This document shows positions 45,089 to 54,378 of a DNA stretch of 64,000 nucleotides, one piece after another; the first letter of the stretch is position 1, and the number at the start of each line of letters is the position of its first letter. Origin of the DNA: a virus; IMG/VR virus record IMGVR_UViG_3300045044_000009, positions 7,446 through 71,445 of that record. The stretch is one strand, 5' to 3'. The notes beneath the pieces are model-generated. The model made no database searches, had not been told where the DNA came from, and saw only the letters and a list, made by a program, of their open reading frames with translations. The translations under genes were made by a program, and so were the position numbers.

Positions 45089-45748
45089 TCACTGTGCCGC
45101 GTGCGGAAAATCAACCACTTGCGGCGTGTTGCGCATCTTCCGTGGGCCACGCTTCTGACCCGCGTCCGAGCGCTGCTTGCGCTTGGCCTTCTTCGACCGT
45201 CGCATCGCCCGGCGCGGGCTGTCCTGGGTGGCCTCGGTGCCTTCCATACGCGTCTGGCGGCCTTTGCGACCCCGTGGCACCGACTTCATCTTGGACCCCG
45301 GCTGTTCGACGGCGCGCTGCTCGACCCCGTTCTTCCACCACTTGCGCCAGGACTGGATCAACTCCGGGTCGGAATACGGACAGTCGTCGCGCGTCTTGCC
45401 CATGCGACCGTCCTGGAAGCCCCGGCTCTCTGCGCTCATCACGTCGTCGGCGTGGCGGGTGCTGTTGGTCACCTGGGTGTCCAGGCCGTCCAAGAGGTCT
45501 GCGCCGCTGAGATCGAGGCGCATGAACAGCCGAGCGTAGTGCAGTTCGTCGGTCAACTGCTTGACGACCTCCTCCGGGGTCATCCTTCCGGCCATCCCGA
45601 TCATTCGGGTTAGTGCTTTGGTATTAACCCCCTGGTCGCCATACTTCTTCAGGCCAGCGCGCAGCTTGCCCTGGTTGCTATCCCGCGTCCGCCGGTTTTG
45701 CCGATACTCCCGCCCAGCCTCGCAGATCAGATCGTTGCTTGTTGCCAT
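45089..45748 (-). CDS. GapR (DUF2312)-like protein fused to a ribosome-modulation-factor-like motif
   Basis: N-terminal helical region (KKYGDQGVNTKALTRMI...LHYARLF); AESRGFQDGRMGKTRDDCPY...SWRKWWKNG resembles RMF; basic tail. Confidence 0.55.
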   Translation of the reverse strand: MATSNDLICEAGREYRQNRRTRDSNQGKLRAGLKKYGDQGVNTKALTRMIGMAGRMTPEEVVKQLTDELHYARLFMRLDLSGADLLDGLDTQVTNSTRHADDVMSAESRGFQDGRMGKTRDDCPYSDPELIQSWRKWWKNGVEQRAVEQPGSKMKSVPRGRKGRQTRMEGTEATQDSPRRAMRRSKKAKRKQRSDAGQKRGPRKMRNTPQVVDFPHAAQ

Positions 45749-46199
45749 AGTCTGGTTCCTTCATACGTTGCCGTGCGCACGCCTTCATCGTGCGCAGTGT
45801 GAGATTGTGGATGCCCGCCTGACGCCCGGCTTCCAGGAAATCGTCCCAATACTGCACCGGGACGGCATTCCTGATCGCCCATGATCGCACCGTGCCAGGG
45901 GCGACCTGGACGGCGCGCGCGAGCCACGTCACGGTCGGGAATAGGTCGATCAGTTCGGCGAAGCTGGTGACGTTCATCGCAGTCGGTAGGCGACGCAGTA
46001 GCGTGGTCGTCACCCCCTTGACCCCGGCACGTTTCGCGCCCCGTATCAGCGCACCCCATTGCTCCTCGGGCACCCTGCCGATGTGCAGCCAATAGACCGC
46101 CTCGGCGTGTCGAATACCGCACGCGGCAGAGACCTCTTTCGCCCCACCGATCAAGGCGAGGACTTGCTTGAAGTTCGTTGAATTCTGAGCGTTTCCCAT
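45678..46199 (-). CDS. Tandem Cro-like HTH protein
   Basis: Two similar units: LIGGAKEVSAACGI...YWLHIGRVPEEQWGAL and LFPTVTWLARAVQV...SWAIRNAVPVQYWDDF. Confidence 0.7.
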   Translation of the reverse strand: MGNAQNSTNFKQVLALIGGAKEVSAACGIRHAEAVYWLHIGRVPEEQWGALIRGAKRAGVKGVTTTLLRRLPTAMNVTSFAELIDLFPTVTWLARAVQVAPGTVRSWAIRNAVPVQYWDDFLEAGRQAGIHNLTLRTMKACARQRMKEPDYGNKQRSDLRGWAGVSAKPADAG

Positions 46200-46330
46200 G
46201 CCGTGCGCAAATTGCGCGCTATCGCCCGGATATGTCAATCGTTCTGCGATTTATTCGCCGCCGCATGATTGACATCGTGTCGCGTATCATGCAAGCATCA
46301 TGTCGTGTTCTTGGTAGACACATAACTGGC
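46200..46330. promoter_or_regulatory. Divergent promoter region
   Basis: Outward-facing TTGACA hexamers (minus strand 46233-46238, plus strand 46269-46274) between divergent operons; -10 boxes not clear. Confidence 0.5.
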
Positions 46331-46723
46331 ATGGCACGTTCTGAAAGGCATGCTTTAGGACAGGAACGACAGGTCGATCATGTCGATCCGGGGTTCTACC
46401 GGCTTGCTCTCGTAAAGGGGGGATGGCGGGTGCCATGTCGCATTTGTCACGAGGACAACGGCTTCGACCCCTACTGGTGGGGCGAGATCGACGGCGAGGC
46501 GAACGGACTGCGCGTGCGTGATCCGTTCGACTGCCCGGTCATCGTCCAAATCCACGAGTGGGGCGAGAAGATCAGCGACCGGCAATTCGACTGGCTGGTC
46601 GCCATCAAGCAATGGGCTGCGCAGCACGACCCATCGCATCCGTGCCTACACCCGCGCAGGCGCATCGATCACATGAACCTGCGCCCACTCATACCGAGGA
46701 AACCATGGCAGAAGGACACCTGA
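46331..46723 (+). CDS. Hypothetical protein
   Basis: First gene of the plus-strand operon; GFYRLALVKGGWRVPCRI. Confidence 0.6.
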   Translation: MARSERHALGQERQVDHVDPGFYRLALVKGGWRVPCRICHEDNGFDPYWWGEIDGEANGLRVRDPFDCPVIVQIHEWGEKISDRQFDWLVAIKQWAAQHDPSHPCLHPRRRIDHMNLRPLIPRKPWQKDT

Positions 46724-47304
46724 TAAACGAGCCACAGCGCCCCGCTGTGTGCAGTGCGCAGGAGATGGCCGACTGGATCGCGTTCATCTCCGATCCCCTG
46801 GTGCGTCGCTGGGCCGAGCTAGCGCCGACGCTGCAACAGATGCCAGAGAAGATCACCGACGACGAAACGGCGGGCGTATTTGCCGAGAATATCAAGATGG
46901 CGAATGCGGTCCTCGCAGAGATCGCCGATCTGCATCGCGCCGAGAAAACTCCCTACTGGGATCACGGCAAGACGTGGGACTACTGGAAGAACGACTTCGT
47001 GGCACAGATCGATGCGGTCATGGAGCCGCTGCGTGCCACGCTGAAGGCATACGGCGAGCGCAAGGAGGCTGCCAGCCTGTTCGATGAGCCGCGCCCGGTG
47101 CGCGGGGTGTATGGCAGCACGGCATCGATCAAGCATTTCTGGACCTACGAGGTAGTGGACATCACCAAAGTCCCCATGGACTACATGATGGTGGACGACG
47201 ATGCCGTGAAGCGGACGATGCGTGTCAAGGATAAGTCGGGTCGTCCGAGGGTGGAAATCCCCGGCATCAGATGGGTGCAGAAGACCCAACTGGCGGTGTC
47301 CTGA
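46705..47304 (+). CDS. Gam-like / recombination-associated coiled-coil protein
   Basis: Helical N-terminus (HRAEKTPY) and WTYEVVDITKVPMDYMMVD...IPGIRW C-terminus, typical of genes beside SSAPs. Confidence 0.55.
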   Translation: MAEGHLINEPQRPAVCSAQEMADWIAFISDPLVRRWAELAPTLQQMPEKITDDETAGVFAENIKMANAVLAEIADLHRAEKTPYWDHGKTWDYWKNDFVAQIDAVMEPLRATLKAYGERKEAASLFDEPRPVRGVYGSTASIKHFWTYEVVDITKVPMDYMMVDDDAVKRTMRVKDKSGRPRVEIPGIRWVQKTQLAVS

Positions 47305-47612
47305 TGGGCAGGAAACCGAACATCAATCCGCCGACGCGCCCTGGCCTGAGCGTGCAACTGATGCTGCACGAGGTTCGCAGACTGAAGATCAACAAGACGC
47401 AGGGCGGCTGGCAAGACCTGGAGAATTGGATCGTGGGCAACATCGACAGCAATCTGTCGATCTTCCTCGATCCCGTGCATCTGGAACGCATCGAACGGTG
47501 CTGCCTGAACTACGGACCCGGAGGACCGAACGCACGCATCCGTGGCGTATTCATCCCTGCGCTGCGCCGACACGGCATCGATCTGGCACCTGAATGGAGG
47601 AACGACCCATGA
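47304..47612 (+). CDS. Small hypothetical protein
   Basis: GGWQDL...LERIERCCLNYGPGGPNARIR. Confidence 0.6.
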   Translation: MGRKPNINPPTRPGLSVQLMLHEVRRLKINKTQGGWQDLENWIVGNIDSNLSIFLDPVHLERIERCCLNYGPGGPNARIRGVFIPALRRHGIDLAPEWRNDP

Positions 47613-47954
47613 GGATTGTCAACGTCATGATGCGTATTGTTGTCAGTGACGACACGAAGCTGGAAGCCCTGCTTCACCTGATCCCTGATCTGCTGCGTCA
47701 GGAGCGGCATGGAACGATCCTGGACGCGGAAGTCACGTCCATCGAGGCGGAGACCGATCGAGGTGACCCATGACCGACATCGAGCGCGTGCTGTTCGCCA
47801 CCATCGACCCCGAGACGCTGATAGACGGTCGCCCGGTCATGGCTCTGACCACCATGCTTTATCGGGTGTGCGACGGCGATGACCGCAAATACAAGGAGGC
47901 CACTCGGCTGGTCGAACTGTTCATCGCCGAAGCATTGAAAAGGAGGACACCGAC

Positions 47955-49433
47955 ATGAGTGAACAAGTGATCGAGAAAACCAACGGCAACGGACAGCATG
48001 CCGTCGAACCTGCGCCCGCCCGCGATCTATCGTTCATGGAGCGGATGATCGCCAGTGCCATCGACCGAGGGGGCGAGGTCGAGACGCTGAAAGGTCTACT
48101 GGCAGCGCGCAATGGGGAAATCGACCGCGAGCGGGAGATTGCCTTCAATCAGGCGTTCGTCAGGATGCGCAACAAAATCCCGGTGATCAAGGGCACGGAG
48201 AAGGCGGGCGGCACGACACGGCGCGGCGCTGATTTCCAATACGGCTACGCCGATCTTGCCAAGGATATCGATCCTATCATCCAGCCGATCATGAAGGAGG
48301 ACGGCTTCGCGTTCACCTTCCTGCCGATCGAACAGACAACCGACTATGTGGTGGTCGAAGGCAGGCTGATTTACGAGCGCAACGGCTGGATGATCACCGC
48401 GCGCAAGCGGGAATACATCGACAAGGAAGCGTCGATGGGCCTTAACCAGAAAGGCGGCGCTGCGCAGACCTATGCGATCAGATACCTCACTGTGGCAATG
48501 CTTTCCTTGCGTATCCTCGGTGAGGACACTGATGGCAAGGGAAGGTCCGTAGAACGCGGGCCTGCGAAGTCGCCACCACCATCGCAGAAGTCGCACGAGA
48601 ACGCCTGGGCGAAGGAGCGCGAGAAAGCCCTGGCAGGCGAGGAATGGTGGCGCACTGCGATGGAGACATTCGCCGCCGCCGAGACCAGCGAAAACTTGGA
48701 AGCCTTTGTCGATCTGATCCGCAATGAGGTCGGCAAGGAGAGCGAACAGGTGCAAAACGAGATGGGCACAGCACTACAGAAGGCGCGGCTGCGTTTGAGC
48801 AGGGCGAAGGAGACGCATGCGGCGACCTCGCATTTCGATCACCCGGTTCATGACGCCCAGGGCGAAACCGACGGCGAGATATTCACTGACCACAAGGCGT
48901 GGGCGAGCGAGTTCATGAACTACTGGGCGGCTGCGAAGAACGCCGACGACCGGGAGAACCTCATTCACCACAACACCGACGCCCTGGCGCAGGCGATGCA
49001 GGCCGGCGCCTCACACCAGCTTGCCGAGGTCAAGCGTTGGATGGACGACGTGGCCTCCGGTCAGCAGACGACCGAAGACCCGGAGTTTCCCTTCGAGGCG
49101 TGGGTGGAGACGCAGCGCGAGGTTCTGCCTCGCCAGCCGATCCTGGACCGACAGATCACCATTCGCGAAATCGCCGCGAGATGCAACGGGAGGGAGATTG
49201 TGCCGCCCGCATGGCTGCGCGAGATGATCCTGCCGGTGAAAGCCGCTGGCAGCCACCAGGAATGGGCAGAAGCGCGTCTCGCAGACTTGGAGTTCATCGC
49301 TGACAAACCGGCGTTCCTTGAGGCGGTGAAGGCAGCCAAGCCGCGCATGGCGATCATCAAGAAGGACGACCCGAAGCTATGGGATCGGGTCAACGCCGCC
49401 TTCACTGCCAAGCAGGCAGAAATCAAGGAATGA
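47955..49433 (+). CDS. erf: ERF-family ssDNA-annealing recombinase with long C-terminal extension
   Basis: YGYADL...GFAFTF...QKGGAAQTYAIRY...EDTDG ERF core in the first ~200 aa. Confidence 0.85.
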   Translation: MSEQVIEKTNGNGQHAVEPAPARDLSFMERMIASAIDRGGEVETLKGLLAARNGEIDREREIAFNQAFVRMRNKIPVIKGTEKAGGTTRRGADFQYGYADLAKDIDPIIQPIMKEDGFAFTFLPIEQTTDYVVVEGRLIYERNGWMITARKREYIDKEASMGLNQKGGAAQTYAIRYLTVAMLSLRILGEDTDGKGRSVERGPAKSPPPSQKSHENAWAKEREKALAGEEWWRTAMETFAAAETSENLEAFVDLIRNEVGKESEQVQNEMGTALQKARLRLSRAKETHAATSHFDHPVHDAQGETDGEIFTDHKAWASEFMNYWAAAKNADDRENLIHHNTDALAQAMQAGASHQLAEVKRWMDDVASGQQTTEDPEFPFEAWVETQREVLPRQPILDRQITIREIAARCNGREIVPPAWLREMILPVKAAGSHQEWAEARLADLEFIADKPAFLEAVKAAKPRMAIIKKDDPKLWDRVNAAFTAKQAEIKE

Positions 49434-49699
49434 AGCCGAACCGCGATCTCATGGCGCTGCTATCCCGGCGCGGCGTCATGACGATGGCAGAGATGGCGGG
49501 GAACCTGGGTCTGTCGAAGGCCCAGGTGTCTCGCCTGTGCCGGGATTTGGTGCGTCGTGGCTGGGTCGAGCGACAATCCGATCCGGACGATCGCAGACTG
49601 TCATGGTTCGCGCTGACCAAAGCGGGCCGTGCCGAGATGAAAGGAGGCAGAGATGATCGGCGTGGTGTGTATCGTCTGTCAGGAGCGGCAGCAGACTGA
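49430..49699 (+). CDS. MarR-type winged HTH protein
   Basis: MTMAEMAGNLGLSKAQVSRLCRDLVRRGWVERQSDPDDRR...LTKAG. Confidence 0.8.
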   Translation: MKPNRDLMALLSRRGVMTMAEMAGNLGLSKAQVSRLCRDLVRRGWVERQSDPDDRRLSWFALTKAGRAEMKGGRDDRRGVYRLSGAAAD

Positions 49700-49755
49700 C
49701 GGCGGTATGATCTGCAACGAATGTCGGGACGACGGCTATCGGGAGGGGGAGATCG

Positions 49756-50190
49756 ATGGCAGCGGTATGGACACCCGAGATGTATGTGATCCTCGATCAG
49801 ATGTGGATCGAGGGGCACTCTCTGACCGTCATCGGCAAGAAATTAGGCGTTTCCAAGAACGCGGTCGCCGGAAAGCGCTGGCGCAGACCGCACCTGAGCC
49901 CCCGGAGGCCGCATAGGAACCTGATACCGGGCGGCGGCAAGGCCAGGAAGCTGAAACCTGCGCGCCCTGTCCTGGCGCTCGTGCCGATGGAGGAACCGGT
50001 GCCGAAGAAGGTCGAACCGCCGAAGCCACCGAAGCCGCCGAGCAAGTGTCTGTGGCCCACAGAACCGACGGGCAAGCGTGGCTGGCTCTCCTGCGACGCC
50101 GCCACCGAACCAGGAAAGGTCTACTGCCCGGATCACTGCAAGATGGCCTACGTGAGGGTGCGCGACCGGAGGGAGGATCAGGCGGCATGA
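49756..50190 (+). CDS. gcrA: GcrA-like cell-cycle regulator
   Basis: WTPE...LDQMWIEGHS...LGVSKNAVAGK N-terminus; CLWP...C...YCPDHCKMAY C-terminus. Confidence 0.85.
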   Translation: MAAVWTPEMYVILDQMWIEGHSLTVIGKKLGVSKNAVAGKRWRRPHLSPRRPHRNLIPGGGKARKLKPARPVLALVPMEEPVPKKVEPPKPPKPPSKCLWPTEPTGKRGWLSCDAATEPGKVYCPDHCKMAYVRVRDRREDQAA

Positions 50191-50467
50191 AAGACCAATG
50201 GACTGATGCCCTGCAATACGAATTCACCGCAATCGAGAACGTGCCGTCGCACATCCTCGCGCTGAGCCACGGCATGCATAGCTTTCTCGATGCGGCAATG
50301 GACCACGGCTACCATCCGAGCGAACTGCTGACGGTGCTGATGCAATGCACGGTGGACAGCGCCGTGCGTCTGTCCATCGCTGCCCAGCTACCACAAGGAG
50401 AACTGCTGAAGATGGTCGTCCACTATTTCATGGACGCCATGAAGCATCACGCCCCGGAGCAGATGCA

Positions 50468-50989
50468 ATGAGCCGATGGATCAAGGTCGTGGAGCACGGC
50501 TATGGGCGCGAGACCTACGTCAACCTCGATCATGTCGTGAAGGCGGCGTCCGTTCGCGAGCGGGCGGGCGAGCCGAACATGGGTGAGAAGTGGTGGTGGG
50601 GCTGGCGGCTCACTTTAAGCAACGGCGAGGTCGAGCAGACCGAATTGCACGCGCACTCGCCGTCCTGGGATGAGGTTGCTGGGGAAATCATTCCGGCATT
50701 CAGCCAGGAAGTCCTCATGGTTGAAACGGGCATAGGTAGTCGGCGACCAACCAAGTGCTATTCGACCCGCATGCAGGTGATCGCGTGGCGGGTGTTCGGA
50801 GATCAGATCGATCCGCTCTTCCTGGAACCGATGCCGGATAACGTCGATTGGCTGCTGATTTTGCCCGACGGGCACTTTCTGGCACCGAACGACTGCGAAT
50901 ACGAGACCATGGAACTGGTCGAGGAAGAATATCTGCGCAGGTTGCAAAAGGCATGGGATGCGGCACATGAAGCGACCGCCCAAAGTTAA
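50468..50989 (+). CDS. Hypothetical protein
   Basis: ATGA-coupled; YVNLDHVV motif. Confidence 0.55.
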   Translation: MSRWIKVVEHGYGRETYVNLDHVVKAASVRERAGEPNMGEKWWWGWRLTLSNGEVEQTELHAHSPSWDEVAGEIIPAFSQEVLMVETGIGSRRPTKCYSTRMQVIAWRVFGDQIDPLFLEPMPDNVDWLLILPDGHFLAPNDCEYETMELVEEEYLRRLQKAWDAAHEATAQS

Positions 50990-51222
50990 GATGCCGGTGC
51001 CGATGCGGCGAGACTTCGGTCTTTCCTGCACCCGCTGCGGCGCAGACGCATCGTTCGGCTACACCAAGGCACAGAACCCAAAGATCCGTGACGGCGTGCG
51101 CCTGTGCATGAATTGCTATCAGCGCGCCAAGGTCGCTGAAACAAAGAAGGCCCCGCTGGGAGAGCGGGGCCGATAGGTGAGAGGAGGAAACGTCCTAAGC
51201 CTCTAGACGGTCACAGGCTACC

Positions 51223-51393
51223 TTAGAGGTAGCCCAGCAGCAACAGAATAATCAGGATGATCAGGATCACCCCGATGATGCCGAAGCCAGGACCGGCATA
51301 GGCGTAAGGCGCATACCATCCCCGATAGTAGCCGCCGCCGCCGAGCAGCGCGACCACCACGAGGATGATAATGAGGACGACGAGCAGGTTCAC
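51223..51393 (-). CDS. DUF3309-like small membrane protein
   Basis: Read by eye: VNLLVVLIIILVVVALLGGGGYYRGWYAPYAYAGPGFGIIGVILIILIILLLLGYL. Confidence 0.7.
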   Translation of the reverse strand: MNLLVVLIIILVVVALLGGGGYYRGWYAPYAYAGPGFGIIGVILIILIILLLLGYL

Positions 51394-51620
51394 GACGGAA
51401 GTTGCCTGTGCGGGCTGTCCTCGCCGTTGCCGCGTGGCTGCTGCTGCGCCTCGAACTGCTGAAGCTGTTGGTTGCCCTGTTCTTCCAGCATGCGGATGAT
51501 ACCGCTTACCTGCTCATACGGCTGCTTGGCGACGATGGACAGGACGGTGCGCGCGATCGACAGCGGCATGGTCCAGGTAATATCCGGCTCCTGCATGGGA
51601 CGGGTGGCGGTGCCTGACAT
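51390..51620 (-). CDS. Hypothetical protein downstream of the tail fibre
   Basis: LSIVAKQPYEQVSGIIRML; coupled ORF. Confidence 0.55.
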   Translation of the reverse strand: MSGTATRPMQEPDITWTMPLSIARTVLSIVAKQPYEQVSGIIRMLEEQGNQQLQQFEAQQQPRGNGEDSPHRQLPS

Positions 51621-51825
51621 CAGTGCATTCTCCTTTCAGGGTGGGGTCGGCGGGTCGGGAGGGGGGTCGGTGATCGGCGGCAGGACGACATCGTTGAGCG
51701 GTCGTCCGTGCGCAGGCGGTGGTGGCGGTGGCTGCGACGGGGGCACCGCAGGGTGCTCGGGCACATGATCCGGCGGCGTGGGCGGATCGACCGGCGGCGG
51801 ATCGCGCGGCGCCGGTTCCGGCTTG

Positions 51826-53685
51826 TCAGACATGAGACCTCCTTAGCTGATCGATAAGATCGGCAAGCTGGCTTATCGCCTTGAAAGCGTGGCAAAGCAA
51901 CGCGGTGTGATCCATGTAGTCCATGTCGTCTATCCCCGGCACGATGGCGTCGGGCAGGACGCGCTTGATTTCGTCGGCGATCATCCCGACCGGCACAGCG
52001 ACGCCTTTCATCTTGTAGCTGTGCATATCAATACGACGGATGGCATCCAGGCTGTCGAATTGGGCTGGTTCGATGTCAGTTTTCAACCTGCGATCTGACG
52101 GGGTGCCGACATGGCCGGAAACGAACAGCCATCCTGCATCCGTCAGCACCAACGCCACGTTGTAGATGCTGCCGTCACCGCCCGCGAGGCCAATCGAGTA
52201 AGAACTGGAACCATACGCGTTCGGCCCGTAGGATGTCGCAATCGCGCCATATGCCACGCCGAGATTGGTCGCCCAGGTCGTGATGGAGGGGTAGCCCGAG
52301 GCGATGATGAGGCGGTCGGTGCCATAGAACCTGCCACCGGCTGTGACCTGTCCGCTCGCCTGCATGGATCCGTAGGTGACGATGCCGTTCCAGACCGTGT
52401 ATGTGCCGTCGTTGCCGAGCAGGGCGAGGCCGCGTGTCGGATTGCCGTCGGTGCCTGACCAGCCGAACCACAGGCCGGACGGATCGGCCCACATACCCTG
52501 GCTGGTGCTGCCTGATTGCACGGTGACTGCGCCGTTGTTCAGTCCGACGAAGTGCCCGCCATAGGCGATGAAGTTACCCGAGGAGGTCAGCGACGCGGTG
52601 CCGGGGTCCATCGTCATGCTGGTGCCGTTGTAATTCACCCAGGACCGGGCACCGCTGCTGCCGTTCCAATAGTCATACCAATAGCTGGCCCACTGCCGGA
52701 AGCGGTTGCCGCCGCTCTGGAAGTTGGCGAAGTCACCCGCGTTCGCGAAGGCCACGGAGGAGCGGAACAGCACGCCGCCCGTGACCCACATGGAGCCTTC
52801 GATGTCGAGATTGCCGGGGTTCTGTAGCGTGCCGCCAGTGAGCGGCAGATAGCCTGCGGCGACGCTCTGCACCCAGTTGACCGAGGCGATCGCATAGACC
52901 GCCGTGCCGTCCACTACAGCCCATTCCCAGGTGCCATCCCAGAAGAACTGATGGCTGTGCGCGTAGCCGCCGTAATTGAACTGAATGCCGGGTGATCCAA
53001 GAAAGCCGGTCATGCGACCGCCGCTGATCGGCACGTAAGGCAGGAACCCGCCATTGACCTGTGGTGGCTGCGAGAAATTCACCACGCCGGTTCGACGGCT
53101 GATACTGATCGGCTCATCCAGGAAAGCGCCGGTGTCGTTGTAGCGGGCGATGCCGAAGTTGCTTCCGGCATTGCCGCCGCTTTCCGTCTCCAGGCTGGCC
53201 AGCACGACCATCCAGCGCAGTGACGCATTGCTCTGCGCGAATATCTGCGCCTGCTGACCTGGATTGCGGCTGATGCCGAAGCTGGCGTCCTGTCCGGTCG
53301 TCGCATTGATCGCGAGTTGCGTCGCCCCGCAAGTGATATTGAGCGCGCCGGACAGCGTGCCGCCTGCGAGCGGGAGATAGTTGCCTGCGAGGCCCGCGCC
53401 GCTCGCGGCATGGATGGCATTCTTGAAGTTCGTGAGCAGCGTTGCCTGTCCGGCTGTGCTGCCGTCATCCAGCATGTCTGCGCCGGTTTCATCGACGGTG
53501 AATTGGCTGACCATCGCCGCGATCAGCGACGACTGCCGCCAGACCTTATTCAACTGATTGGAGATCGCAGTGCCGGTCTGGAAGCCGAGGATGCGCGGCG
53601 TGAAGCCCCCGGCGATATAGTCGGTCTGTAGCATCACGTTAGCCGCAGGGTCGGCTGCGAACGGCATGAAATCGTTGGTCGCCAT
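51826..53685 (-). CDS. Tail fibre with C-terminal intramolecular chaperone (peptidase S74-like)
   Basis: MATNDFMPFA...NKVWRQSS baseplate-anchor N-terminus; YLPLAGGTL repeats; SDRRLKTDI...GMIADEI C-terminus. Confidence 0.9.
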   Translation of the reverse strand: MATNDFMPFAADPAANVMLQTDYIAGGFTPRILGFQTGTAISNQLNKVWRQSSLIAAMVSQFTVDETGADMLDDGSTAGQATLLTNFKNAIHAASGAGLAGNYLPLAGGTLSGALNITCGATQLAINATTGQDASFGISRNPGQQAQIFAQSNASLRWMVVLASLETESGGNAGSNFGIARYNDTGAFLDEPISISRRTGVVNFSQPPQVNGGFLPYVPISGGRMTGFLGSPGIQFNYGGYAHSHQFFWDGTWEWAVVDGTAVYAIASVNWVQSVAAGYLPLTGGTLQNPGNLDIEGSMWVTGGVLFRSSVAFANAGDFANFQSGGNRFRQWASYWYDYWNGSSGARSWVNYNGTSMTMDPGTASLTSSGNFIAYGGHFVGLNNGAVTVQSGSTSQGMWADPSGLWFGWSGTDGNPTRGLALLGNDGTYTVWNGIVTYGSMQASGQVTAGGRFYGTDRLIIASGYPSITTWATNLGVAYGAIATSYGPNAYGSSSYSIGLAGGDGSIYNVALVLTDAGWLFVSGHVGTPSDRRLKTDIEPAQFDSLDAIRRIDMHSYKMKGVAVPVGMIADEIKRVLPDAIVPGIDDMDYMDHTALLCHAFKAISQLADLIDQLRRSHV

Positions 53686-53694
53686 TGTTTCCCC

Positions 53695-54378
53695 TTACGT
53701 CGATTGGATCACGACGCCCCAAGAGCCGTGGTCGAAACCACCGATGATGTTGTTGTCCACGTCGAAGCCGAAGATGGCGGTCTGGGTGACCGTGCTTTCA
53801 ATGACGTTGACATGCACGCCAGACGGTTTGATCGGGAAGTCCTGTTCGAGTGCCGCGAGTTCCAGGCTGTTCATCTCGATGCCGGGGATCAGCACTTCCA
53901 TCGTCATGATGCCGCCGGCCACGTCGCCCCGGTCGTTCACCACGACGCCTGGGTAGACTGCGTTGAACGCCGCCTGGATCGACGGGATGGTGCCGTCCCA
54001 CTCGTTGGCGATGGCTTGCAGCTTGAGGATTTTGCGATAGGTGCCGTCGTCCATCGCGACGATGCCGGTGGTCGGATCGTAGGGTCCGAGCCAGACGCCC
54101 TGATCGAAGCCGTCGCGCTGCACGGTGTCAGTCGGCGCATGGAGGGTGAAATAGACGCCAGTGATCGGCACTTGCAGATAACGTGTGCGGCCGATCCACT
54201 GGCCCACGATGTCGAGTTGCACGCCGACGGCGGTGTCGAGGTCGAAGTCTGCGGTCAGCGCGGCGAGGACTTCCTGGGCATCCAGGACTGGCTGCAACAG
54301 CGCGGCCAGCATGTTCATGAAGCGTGGCTTGGTCGCGTTGAACGGCGGGACCAGCGCCAGATATTCTTCCAGGGTCAT
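53695..54378 (-). CDS. Baseplate wedge protein (DUF2612)
   Basis: FDLDTAVGVQLDIVGQWIGRTR...DDGTYRKILK. Confidence 0.85.
   Translation of the reverse strand: MTLEEYLALVPPFNATKPRFMNMLAALLQPVLDAQEVLAALTADFDLDTAVGVQLDIVGQWIGRTRYLQVPITGVYFTLHAPTDTVQRDGFDQGVWLGPYDPTTGIVAMDDGTYRKILKLQAIANEWDGTIPSIQAAFNAVYPGVVVNDRGDVAGGIMTMEVLIPGIEMNSLELAALEQDFPIKPSGVHVNVIESTVTQTAIFGFDVDNNIIGGFDHGSWGVVIQST

Noticed and set aside
1-53685. Diversity-generating retroelement acting on the fibre genes
   Set aside because: No reverse transcriptase ORF was recognised, and no near-identical TR/VR pair differing at adenines was seen; the repeats are protein-level.
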